A stretch of DNA of 64,000 nucleotides from Haplodiscus bocki (taxonomy: Eukaryota). Shown piece by piece: positions 1 through 12,600 of the stretch. The DNA is taken from NCBI GenBank assembly GCA_965655095.1, contig OZ296659.1, forward strand, positions 24,056,001 to 24,120,000, in the 5' to 3' direction. Below the pieces are notes generated by a model. That model was given only the letters and a program-made list of their open reading frames with translations. It made no database searches and was not told the origin of the DNA. Every line of letters starts with the position of its first letter. Positions within the stretch are counted from its first letter, which is position 1. A program made the translations under genes and the position numbers.

Positions 1-315
1 CCTGAAAAAAGTTGCAGCTGTCAAACTAAATGGGGGGATATAAAGGACGAAAAAAATTAGGAGAATATAAGGGACGAAAAACAGAAATGTAACAGCCAGA
101 AAGACGAGAGAGCCGAAGGTAAAATCAATCATACAATTATCAGAAGCCAGATTCGAACATCACAAAAAAAATCCACCAACCAACGCAACAAACAGATCGA
201 CCAATATCACGATCGTGGAACTCTGGTTACTGGATACATTTTTCTAAAATGTAAGAACATAGACGGACAAAACGCGAAAGTCACAAGAAGCAAATGAAAA
301 AAGGATTATCAGAAG

Positions 316-1962
316 GTAAAAATCATTTTTCATGTATCACAGCACAGTCCCAAACATCAAATTCAATTTGACAAAAAACATTCACACAAACACTATCCTT
401 AATCCAATAAAACCTTGGAAAAAGGAAAAATATTTAACTTCCAGAAAGTCTTAAAAGAAACAGGACAAGCAAACGAAAATTGGAAAAATAGAAGGCGAAA
501 TCTATCACTCATGTAATTGAAATATCGAAATTCTGTTGATTCGAAAACCTGCTACATTAGCAAAACAGTTGAATCCAAGATTCCAGCCTTCAAAGTAAGC
601 GGAGAAGTCAAAGTTGATGGAATACAGGAAGACACCAGACTCGAAAAGAGAAAAACATGAAAAAAAAGACAAGAGATGGTAAAAGCCCTCTTCCATGTAT
701 TAGCCGCCAATGCTGAACATCAAAAAGTTCGACAAACTCAGATAACATTCAAACAAAGTTATCATTAGTTTGAAAAAATAACTTGAAAGACACGTTCTAG
801 TGAAAAGGAAAAGTAAACGAACAAAGGATTATCAGTAGGTAAGATTCATCTTTCATGTATCAGAACCCAGTGCTAAACATCACATTCATTTGGACAAACT
901 AACGAAACATTCAAACCAACACTATCTATATTTTGATAGCAAAACTTGGAGCAAAGAAAAATGTTACACTTCGAAAAAACGTGAAAGTAAACGACAACAA
1001 CAAACGAAAAACGCAATTTTAGAAGGCGAAAGCTATTTATTATGTAGTAGAAACATGGAAGTTTGGCTAAACTGCCTAAACAGTCGGGGCAATTTTCAGA
1101 ATAAAAAAAGCGGTGCTGTCAGAAATAATGGAATAAAGGGAAGGATGAACTCTGAAAAACAAAAAAAAACAGGGAAAACGCGATATCCCATGGTAAAAGC
1201 TACGTTTCATGCATCAGAACCCAGATTTGCACATCACAGTAGCTACTCCAAACTAGCCAAACAGAATCGACCAAAATCACCACCGGTGAAAATCAGTTGT
1301 TAGTGGAAGCATTGTTCTAATACGTAGACAGACAAAACACGAAAATTGGGAGAAGCAAACCAACATGGGATTATCAGAAGGTGAAAACTATCTTCCATAA
1401 ATCCGCTCGAAGTGCTGGATTTCACATGTATTTCGAGAAACTAATGGAACATTCGAAAAACACTTATAACTACATTGGAAAAAAACACGGCACAAGGATC
1501 ACTGTTGCACTTGAAGGAAATGTACTACTAAAAAGGGAAAAACCAGTAGACGATCAAAGCAATATCAGAAGCTAAAAGCTATCTTTCACGTAAGACAGCT
1601 ATGGAAGATCTGACAAACTAACGAAACCTTTATATCAAGGATAAAAAGCTTGAAAAAAGTTGCAGCTATCAAACTCAATGGGGGCATATAAAGGACGAAA
1701 AACCTTAGGGGAAAACAAAGGACGAAAATCAGAAATTTAACAGCCAGAAAAACGAGAGAGCCGAGGGTAAAATCAATCATACAATTATCAGAAGCCAGAT
1801 TTGAACATCACAAAAAATCCCACCAACCAACGCAACAAACAAATTGACCAATATCACGATCGTGGAAATCTGGTTAATGGATACATTTTACTAAAATGTA
1901 AAAACATAGATGGACAAAAAGCGATAGTCAGAAGAAGCAAATGAAAAAAGAATTGTCAGAAG
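316..1962. repeat. Representative family I unit: nine diverged ~160-197 bp monomers (mean ~183 bp)
   Basis: Conserved box cores start at 119, 316, 495, 679, 839, 1026, 1193, 1381, 1572, 1767 and 1963. Spacings from 119 are 197, 179, 184, 160, 187, 167, 188, 191 and 195, which sum to 1,648. Confidence 0.9.
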
Positions 1963-4900
1963 GTAAAAATCATTTTTCATTATCACAACCCAGTCCCAAA
2001 CATCAGATTCATTTTGACAAAAAAAACATTCACACAAACACTATCCTTAGTCCAATAAAACCTTGGAAAAAGGAAGAATATTTAACTTCCAGAAAGCCTT
2101 AAAAGAAACAGGACAAGCAAACAAAACTTGCAAAAATAAAGGCGAAACCTATCACTCATGTAATTGAAATATCGACATTCTGCTCAATCGAGAACCTGCA
2201 ACGTTAGCAAAACACTTGAATCCAAGATTATATTCTCCAAAGAAAGCGGAGAAGTCAAAGTTGATGGAGAACAGGAAGACACAAGACTCGAAAAGAGAAA
2301 AACAGGAAAAAAGACCTCAGATGGTAACAGCCCTCTTTCATGTAATAGCCCTCAATGCCGAACACCGCAAAGTTCGACAAACTCAGATAACATTCAAAGG
2401 AAAGTTATCATTAGTTTGAAAAAATAACTTGAAAGACACGTTCTAGTGAAAAGGAAAAGTAAACGAACAAAGGATTATCAGTAGGTAAGATTCATCTTTC
2501 ATGTATCAGAACCCAGTGCTAAAACATCACATTCATTTGGACCAACTAACGAAACATTCAAACCAACACTATCTATACTTTGATAAAAACTTGGAGCAAA
2601 GGAAAATGTTACACTTCGAAAAAACGTGAAAGTAAACGACAACAACAAACGAAAAACGCAATTTTAGAAGGCAAAAGCTATTTATTATATAGTAGAAACA
2701 TGGAAGTTTGGCTAAACAGCCTAAACAGTCGGAGCAATTTTCAGAATAAAAAAAAAGCGGTGCTGTCAGAAATAATGGAATGAAGGGAAAGATGAAATCC
2801 GAAAAACAAAAAAAAAACAGGGAAAATGCGATATCCCATGGTAAAAGCTACGTTTCATGCATCAGAACCCAGATTTGCACATCACAGTAGGTACTCCAAA
2901 CTAGCCAAACAGAATCGACCAAAATCAGCACCGGTGAAAATCAGTTGTTAGTGGAAGCATTGTTCTAATACGTAGACAGACAAAACACGAAAATTGGGAG
3001 AAGCAAACCAACATGGGATTATCAGAAGGTGAAAACTATCTTCCATAAATCCGCTCGAAGTGCTGGATTTCACATGTATTTCAAGAAACTAATGGAACAT
3101 TCGAAAAACACTTATAACTACATTGGAAAAAAACACGGCACAAGGATCACTGTTACACTTGAAGGAAATGTACTACTAAAAAGGGAAAAACCAGTAGACG
3201 ATCAAAGCAATATCAGAAGCTAAAAGCTATCTTTCACGTAAGACAGCTATGGAAGATCTGACAAACTAACGAAACCTTTATATCAAGGATAAAAAGCTTG
3301 AAAAAAGTTGCAGCTATCAAACTCAATGGGGGCATATAAAGGACGAAAAACCTTAGGGGAAAACAAAGGACGAAAATCAGAAATTTAACAGCCAGAAAAA
3401 CGAGAGAGCCGAGGGTAAAATCAATCATACAATTATCAGAAGCCAGATTTGAACATCACAAAAAATCCCACCAACCAACGCAACAAACAAATCGACCAAT
3501 ATCACGATCGTGGAAATCTGGTTAATGGATACATTTTTCTAAAATGTAAAAACATAGATGGACAAAAAGGGATAGTCACAAGAAGCAAAAGAAAAAAGAA
3601 ATGTCAGAAGGTAAAAATCAGTTTTCATGTATCACAACCCAGTCCCAAACATCAGATGCATTTTGACAAAAAAAAACATTCACACAAACACTATCCTTAG
3701 TCCCATAAAACCTTGGAATAAGGAAGAATATTCAACTTCCAGAAAGCTTTAAAAGAAACAGGACAAGCAAACGAAACTTGCAAAAATAGAAGGCGAAACC
3801 TATCACCCATGTAATTGAAATATCGACATTCTGCTCAATCGAGAACCTGCAACGTTAGCAAAACACTTGAATCCAAGATTATAATCTCCAAAGAAAGCGG
3901 AGAAGTCAAAGTTGATGGAGAACAGGAAGACACAAGACTCGAAAAGAGAAAAACAGGAAAAAAAGACCTCAGATGGTAACAGCCCTCTTTCATGTAATAG
4001 CCCTCAATGCCGAACACCGCAAAGTTCGACAAACTCAGATAACATTCAAAGGAAAGTTATCATTAGTTTGAAAAAATAACTTGAAAGACACGTTCTAGTG
4101 AAAAGGAAAAGTAAACGAACAAAGGATTATCAGTAGGTAAGATTCATCTTTCATGTATCAGAACCCAGTGCTAAAACATCACATTCATTTGGACCAACTA
4201 ACGAAACATTCAAACCAACACTATCTATACTTTGATAAAAACTTGGAGCAAAGCAAAATGTTACACTTCGAAAAAACGTGAAAGTAAACGACAACAACAA
4301 ACGAAAAACGCAATTTTAGAAGGCAAAAGCTATTTATTATATAGTAGAAACATGGAAGTTTGGCTAAACAGCCTAAACAGTCGGAGCAATTTTCAGAATA
4401 AAAAAAAAGCGGTGCTGTCAGAAATAATGGAATGAAGGGAAAGATGAAATCCGAAAAACAAAAAAAAAACAGGGAAAATGCGATATCCCATGGTAAAAGC
4501 TACGTTTCATGCATCAGAACCCAGATTTGCACATCACAGTAGGTACTCCAAACTAGCCAAACAGAATCGACCAAAATCAGCACCGGTGAAAATCAGTTGT
4601 TAGTGGAAGCATTGTTCTAATACGTAGACAGACAAAACACGAAAATTGGGAGAAGCAAACCAACATGGGATTATCAGAAGGTGAAAACTATCTTCCATAA
4701 ATCCGCTCGAAGTGCTGGATTTCACATGTATTTCAAGAAACTAATGGAACATTCGAAAAACACTTATAACTACATTGGAAAAAAACACGGCACAAGGATC
4801 ACTGTTACACTTGAAGGAAATGTACTACTAAAAAGGGAAAAACCAGTAGACGATCAAAGCAATATCAGAAGCTAAAAGCTATCTTTCACGTAAGACAGCT

Positions 4901-7900
4901 ATGGAAGATCTGACAAACTAACGAAACCTTTATATCAAGGATAAAAAGCTTGAAAAAAGTTGCAGCTATCAAACTCAATGGGGGCATATAAAGGACGAAA
5001 AACCTTAGGGGAAAACAAAGGACGAAAATCAGAAATTTAACAGCCAGAAAAACGAGAGAGCCGAGGGTAAAATCAATCATACAATTATCAGAAGCCAGAT
5101 TTGAACATCACAAAAAATCCCACCAACCAACGCAACAAACAAATCGACCAATATCACGATCGTGGAAATCTGGTTAATGGATACATTTTTCTAAAATGTA
5201 AAAACATAGATGGACAAAAAGGGATAGTCACAAGAAGCAAAAGAAAAAAGAAATGTCAGAAGGTAAAAATCAGTTTTCATGTATCACAACCCAGTCCCAA
5301 ACATCAGATGCATTTTGACAAAAAAAAACATTCACACAAACACTATCCTTAGTCCCATAAAACCTTGGAATAAGGAAGAATATTCAACTTCCAGAAAGCT
5401 TTAAAAGAAACAGGACAAGCAAACGAAACTTGCAAAAATAGAAGGCGAAACCTATCACCCATGTAATTGAAATATCGACATTCTGCTCAATCGAGAACCT
5501 GCAACGTTAGCAAAACACTTGAATCCAAGATTATAATCTCCAAAGAAAGCGGAGAAGTCAAAGTTGATGGAGAACAGGAAGACACAAGACTCGAAAAGAG
5601 AAAAACAGGAAAAAAAGACCTCAGATGGTAACAGCCCTCTTTCATGTAATAGCCCTCAATGCCGAACACCGCAAAGTTCGACAAACTCAGATAACATTCA
5701 AAGGAAAGTTATCATTAGTTTGAAAAAATAACTTGAAAGACACGTTCTAGTGAAAAGGAAAAGTAAACGAACAAAGGATTATCAGTAGGTAAGATTCATC
5801 TTTCATGTATCAGAACCCAGTGCTAAAACATCACATTCATTTGGACCAACTAACGAAACATTCAAACCAACACTATCTATACTTTGATAAAAACTTGGAG
5901 CAAAGCAAAATGTTACACTTCGAAAAAACGTGAAAGTAAACGACAACAACAAACGAAAAACGCAATTTTAGAAGGCAAAAGCTATTTATTATATAGTAGA
6001 AACATGGAAGTTTGGCTAAACAGCCTAAACAGTCGGAGCAATTTTCAGAATAAAAAAAAGCGGTGCTGTCAGAAATAATGGAATGAAGGGAAAGATGAAA
6101 TCCGAAAAACAAAAAAAAACAGGGAAAATGCGATATCCCATGGTAAAAGCTACGTTTCATGCATCAGAACCCAGATTTGCACATCACAGTAGGTACTCCA
6201 AACTAGCCAAACAGAATCGACCAAAATCAGCACCGGTGAAAATCAGTTGTTAGTGGAAGCATTGTTCTAATACGTAGACAGACAAAACACGAAAATTGGG
6301 AGAAGCAAACCAACATGGGATTATCAGAAGGTGAAAACTATCTTCCATAAATCAGCTCCAAGTGCTGGATTTCACATGTATTTCAAGAAACTAATGGAAC
6401 ATTCGAAAAACACTTATAACTACATTGGAAAAAAACATGGCACAAGGATCACTGTTACACTTGAAGGAAATGTACTACTAAAAAGGGAAAAACCAGTAGA
6501 CGATCAAAGCAATATCAGAAGCTAAAAGCTATCTTTCATGTAAGACAGCTATGGAAGATCTGACAAACTAACGAAACCTTTATATCAAGGATAAAAAGCT
6601 TGAAAAAAGTTGCAGCTATCAAACTCAATGGGGGCATATAAAGGACGAAAAACCTTAGGGGAAAACAAAGGACGAAAATCAGAAATTTAACAGCCAGAAA
6701 AACGAGAGAGCCGAGGGTAAAATCAATCATACAATTATCAGAAGCCAGATTTTAACATCACAAAGAAAATCCACCAACCAACGCAACAAACAAATCGACC
6801 AAAATCACGATCATGGAAATCTGGTTACTGGATACAGTTTTCTAAAACGTAAAAACAGACGGACAAAACGCGAAAGTCACAAGAAGCAAATGAAAAAAAA
6901 ATTATCAGAAGGTAAAAGTCATTTTCCATGTATCACAACCCAGTCCCAAACATCAGATTCATTTTGACAAAAAAAACATTCACACAAACACTATCCTTAG
7001 TCCAATAAAACCTTGGAATAAGGAAGAATATTCAACTTCCAGAAAGCTTTAAAAGAAACAGGACAAGCAAACGAAACTTGCAAAAATAGAAGGCGAAACC
7101 TATCACCCATGTAATTGAAATATCGACATTCTGCTCAATCGAGAACCTGCAACGTTAGCAAAACACTTGAATCCAAGATTATAATCTCCAAAGAAAGCGG
7201 AGAAGTCAAAGTTGATGGAGAACAGGAAGACACAAGACTCGAAAAGAGAAAAACAGGGAAAAAAGACCTCAGATGGTAACAGCCCTCTTTCATGTAATAG
7301 CCCTCAATGCCGAACACCGCAAAGTTCGACAAACTCAGATAACATTCAACGGAAAGTTATCATTAGTTTGAAAAAAGTAATTTGAAAGACACGTTCTAGT
7401 GAAAAGGAAAAGAAATCGAACAGGGATGATCAGTCGGTAAGATTCATCCTTCATCTATCAGAACACAGTGCTAAACATTACATTCATTTGGACAAACTAA
7501 CGAAACATTCAAACCAACACTATCTACACTTTGATAAAAACATGGAGCAAAGGAAAATGTTACACTTCGAAAAAACGTGAAAGTAAACGACAACAACAAA
7601 CGAAAAACGCAATTTTAGAAGGCAAAAGCTATTTATTATATAGTAGAAACATGGAAGTTTGGCTAAACAGCCTAAACAGTCGGAGCAATTTTCAGAATTA
7701 AAAAAAGCGGCGCTGTCAGAAATAATGGAATGAAGGGAAGGATGAAATCCGAAAAACAAAAAAAAACAGGGAAAATGCGATATCCCATGGTAAAAGCTAC
7801 GTTTCATGCATCAGAACCCAGATTTGCACATCACAGTAGGTACTCCAAACTAGCCAAACAGAATCGACCAAAATCAGCACCGGTGAAAATCAGTTGTTAG

Positions 7901-9625
7901 TGGAAGCATTGTTCTAATACGTAGACAGACAAAACACGAAAATTGGGAGAAGCAAACCAACATGGGATTATCAGAAGGTGAAAACTATCTTCCATAAATC
8001 AGCTCCAAGTGCTGGATTTCACATGTATTTCAAGAAACTAATGGAACATTCGAAAAACACTTATAACTACATTGGAAAAAAACATGGCACAAGGATCACT
8101 GTTACACTTGAAGGAAATGTACTACTAAAAAGGGAAAAACCAGTAGACGATCAAAGCAATATCAGAAGCTAAAAGCTATCTTTCACGTAAGACAGCTATG
8201 GAAGATCTGACAAACTAACGAAACCTTTATATCAAGGATAAAAAGCTTGAAAAAAGTTGCAGCTATCAAACTCAATGGGGGCATATAAAGGACGAAAAAC
8301 CTTAGGGGAAAACAAAGGACGAAAATCAGAAATTTAACAGCCAGAAAAACGAGAGAGCCGAGGGTAAAATCAATCATACAATTATCAGAAGCCAGATTTG
8401 AACATCACAAAAAATCCCACCAACCAACGCAACAAACAAATCGACCAATATCACGATCGTGGAAATCTGGTTAATGGATACATTTTTCTAAAATGTAAAA
8501 ACATAGATGGACAAAACGCGAAAGTCACAAGAAGCAAATGAAAAAAAAATTATCAGAAGGTAAAAGTCATTTTCCATGTATCACAACCCAGTCACAAACA
8601 TCAGATTCATTTTGACAAAAAAAACATTCACACAAACACTATCCTTAGTCCAATAAAACCTTGGAATAAGGAAGAATATTCAACTTCCAGAAAGCTTTAA
8701 AAGAAACAGGACAAGCAAACGAAACTTGCAAAAATAGAAGGCGAAACCTATCACCCATGTAATTGAAATATCGACATTCTGCTCAATCGAGAACCTGCAA
8801 CGTTAGCAAAACACTTGAATCCAAGATTATAATCTCCAAAGAAAGCGGAGAAGTCAAAGTTGATGGAGAACAGGAAGACACAAGACTCGAAAAGAGAAAA
8901 ACAGGAAAAAAGACCTCAGATGGTAACAGCCCTCTTTCATGTAATAGCCCTCAATGCCGAACACCGCAAAGTTCGACAAACTCAGATAACATTCAAAGGA
9001 AAGTTATCATTAGTTTGAAAAAATAACTTGAAAGACACGTTCTAGTGAAAAGGAAAAGTAAACGAACAAAGGATTATCAGTAGGTAAGATTCATCTTTCA
9101 TGTATCAGAACCCAGTGCTAAAACATCACATTCATTTGGACCAACTTACGAAACATTCAAACCAACACTATCTATACTTTGATAAAAACTTGGAGCAAAG
9201 GAAAATGTTACACTTCGAAAAAACGTGAAAGTAAACGACAACAACAAACGAAAAACGCAATTTTAGAAGTCAAAAGCTATTTATTATATAGTAGAAACAT
9301 GGAAGTTTGGCTAAACAGCCTAAACAGTCGGAGCAATTTTCAGAATAAAAAAAAGCGGTGCTGTCAGAAATAATGGAATGAAGGGAAGGATGAAATCCGA
9401 AAAACAAAAAAAAACAGGGAAAATGCGATATCCCATGGTAAAAGCTACGTTTCATGCATCAGAACCCAGATTTGCACATCACAGTAGGTACTCCAAACTA
9501 GCCAAACAGAATCGACCAAAATCAGCACCGGTGAAAATCAGTTGTTAGTGGAAGCATTGTTCTAATACGTAGACAGACAAAACACGAAAATTGGGAGAAG
9601 CAAACCAACATGGGATTATCAGAAG

Positions 9626-12600
9626 GTGAAAACTATCTTCCATAAATCAACTCCAAGTGCTGGATTTCACATATATTTCGAGAAACTAATGGAACTTTCG
9701 AAAAACACTTATAACTACATTGGAAAAAAACACGGCACAAGGATCACTGTTACACTTGAAGGAAATGTACTACTAAAAAGGGAAAAACCAGTAGACGATC
9801 AAAGCAATATCAGCAGCTAAAAGCTATCTTTCAAGTGAGACAGCTATGGAAGATCTGACAAACTAACGAAACCTTTATATCAAGGATAAAAAGCTTGAAA
9901 AAAGTTGCAGCTATCAAACTCAATGGGGGCATATTAAGGACGAAAAACCTTAGGGGAAAACAAAGGACGAAAATCAGAAATATAAGAGCCAGAAAAACGA
10001 GAGAGCCGAAGGTAAAGTCAATCATACAATTATCAGAAGCCAGATTTTAACATCACAAAGAAAATCCACCAACCAACGCAACAAACAAATCGACCAAAAT
10101 CACGATCATGGAAATCTGGTTACTGGATACAGTTTTCTAAAACGTAAAAACAGACGGACAAAACGCGAAAGTCACAAGAAGCAAATGAAAAAAAAATTAT
10201 CAGAAGGTAAAAGTCATTTTCCATGTATCACAACCCAGTCCCAAACATCAGATTCATTTTGACAAAAAAAACATTCACACAAACACTATCCTTAGTCCAA
10301 TAAAACCTTGGAATAAGGCAGAATATTCAACTTCCAGAAAGCTTTAAAAGAAACAGGACAAGCAAACGAAACTTGCAAAAATACAAGGCGAAACCTATCA
10401 CCCATGTAATTGAAATATCGACATTCTGCTCAATCGAGAACCTGCAACGTTAGCAAAACATTTGAATCCAAGATCATAATCTCCAAAGAAAGCGGAGAAG
10501 TCAAAGTTGATGGAGAACAGGAAGACACAAGACTCGAAAAGAGAAAAACAGGAAAAAAGACCTCAGATGGTAACAGCCCTCTTTCATGTAATAGCCCTCA
10601 ATGCCGAACACCGCAAAGTTCGACAAACTCAGATAACATTCAAAGGAAAGTTATCATTAGTTTGAAAAAATAACTTGAAAGACACGTTCTAGTGAAAAGG
10701 AAAAGTAAACGAACAAAGGATTATCAGTAGGTAAGATTCATCTTTCATGTATCAGAACCCAGTGCTAAAACATCACATTCATTTGGACCAACTAACGAAA
10801 CATTCAAACCAACACTATCTATACTTTGATAAAAACTTGGAGCAAAGAAAAATGTTACACTTCGAAAAAACGTGAAAGTAAACGACAACAACAAACGAAA
10901 AACGCAATTTTAGAAGGCAAAAGCTATTTATTATATAGTACAAACATGGAAGTTTGGCTGAACAGCCTAAACAGTCGGAGCAATTTTCAGAATAAAAAAA
11001 AGCGGTGCTGTCAGAAATAATGGAATGAAGGGAAGGATGAAATCCGAAAAACAAAAAAAAACAGGGAAAATGCGATATCCCATGGTAAAAGCTACGTTTC
11101 ATGCATCAGAACCCAGATTTGCACATCACAGTAGGTACTCCAAACTAGCCAAACAGAATCGACCAAAATCAGCACCGGTGAAAATCAGTTGTTAGTGGAA
11201 GCATTGTTCTAATACGTAGACAGACAAAACACGAAAATTGGGAGAAGCAAACCAACATGGGATTATCAGAAGGTGAAAACTATCTTCCATAAATCAACTC
11301 CAAGTGCTGGATTTCACATATATTTCGAGAAACTAATGGAACTTTCGAAAAACACTTATAACTACATTGGAAAAAAAACACGGCACAAGGATCACTGTTA
11401 CACTTGAAGGAAATGTACTACTAAAAAGGGAAAAACCAGTAGACGATCAAAGCAATATCAGCAGCTAAAAGCTATCTTTCAAGTGAGACAGCTATGGAAG
11501 ATCTGACAAACTAACGAAACCTTTATATCAAGGATAAAAAGCTTGAAAAAAGTTGCAGCTATCAAACTCAATGGGGGCATATTAAGGACGAAAAACCTTA
11601 GGGGAAAACAAAGGACGAAAATCAGAAATATAGGAGCCAGAAAAACGAGAGAGCCGAAGGTAAAGTCAATCATACAATTATCAGAAGCCAGATTTTAACA
11701 TCACAAAGAAAATCCACCAACCAACGCAACAAACAAATCGACCAAAATCACGATCATGGAAATCTGGTTACTGGATACAGTTTTCTAAAACGTAAAAACA
11801 GACGGACAAAACGCGAAAGTCACAAGAAGCAAATGAAAAAAAAATTATCAGAAGGTAAAAGTCATTTTTCATGGATCACAACCCAGTCCCAAAAATCAGA
11901 TGCATTTTGACAAAAAGAAAACATTCACACAAACACTATCCTCAGTCCAATAAAACCTTGGAATAAGGAAGAATATTTAACTTCCAGAAAGCCTTAAAAG
12001 AAACAGGACAAGCAAACAAAACTTGCACAAATAGAAGGCGAAACCTATCACTCATGTAATTGAAATATCGAAATTCTGCTCAATCGAGAACCTGCTACGT
12101 TAGCAAAACACTTCAATCCAAGATTCTAATCTCCAAAGAAAGCGGAGAAGTCAAAGTTGATGGAGAACAGGAAGACACAAGACTCGAAAAGAGAAAAACA
12201 GGAAAAAAGACCTCAGATGGTAAAAGCCCTCTTCCATGTAACAGCCCTCAATGCCGAACACCACAAAGTTCGACAAACTCAGATAACATTCAAAGGAAAG
12301 TTATCATTAGTTTGAAAAAATAACTTGAAAGACACGTTCTAGTGAAAAGGAAAAGGAAAACGAACAAAGGATTATCAGTAGGTAAGATTCATCTTTCATG
12401 TATCAGAACCCAGTGCTAAAACATCACATTCATTTGGACAAACTAACGAAACATTCAAACCAACACTATCTATATTTTGATAAAAACTTGGAGCAAAGAA
12501 AAATGTTACACTTCGAAAAAACGTGAAAGTAAACGACAACAACAAACGAAAAACGCAATTTTAGAAGGCAAAAGCTATTTATTATATAGTAGAAACTTGG

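Noticed and set aside
1185-1230. Hammerhead ribozyme (minus strand of the box reads CUGAU(A/G)CAUGAAA; plus strand has CUGAAGA...GAAA near 48,172)
   Set aside because: The CUGANGA core is incomplete and helix II is absent on the minus strand. The plus-strand case lacks the closing G-C pair of helix II and is not conserved in other variants. A covariance-model search with Rfam hammerhead models would settle it.
1381-1575. Recurrent peptide-like motif (K)VKxxFHVSEPSAKHH suggesting a repeat protein
   Set aside because: It is the translation of the conserved DNA box. Monomer spacings (179, 184, 160, 187, 167 and so on) are mostly not multiples of three, so no continuous frame exists. A dN/dS test across monomer types would be needed to revive the idea.
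119-1963. CRISPR-like repeat-spacer array
   Set aside because: The boxes are degenerate, the 'spacers' are over 100 bp, homologous to each other and repeated in every unit, and there is no cas gene or leader.
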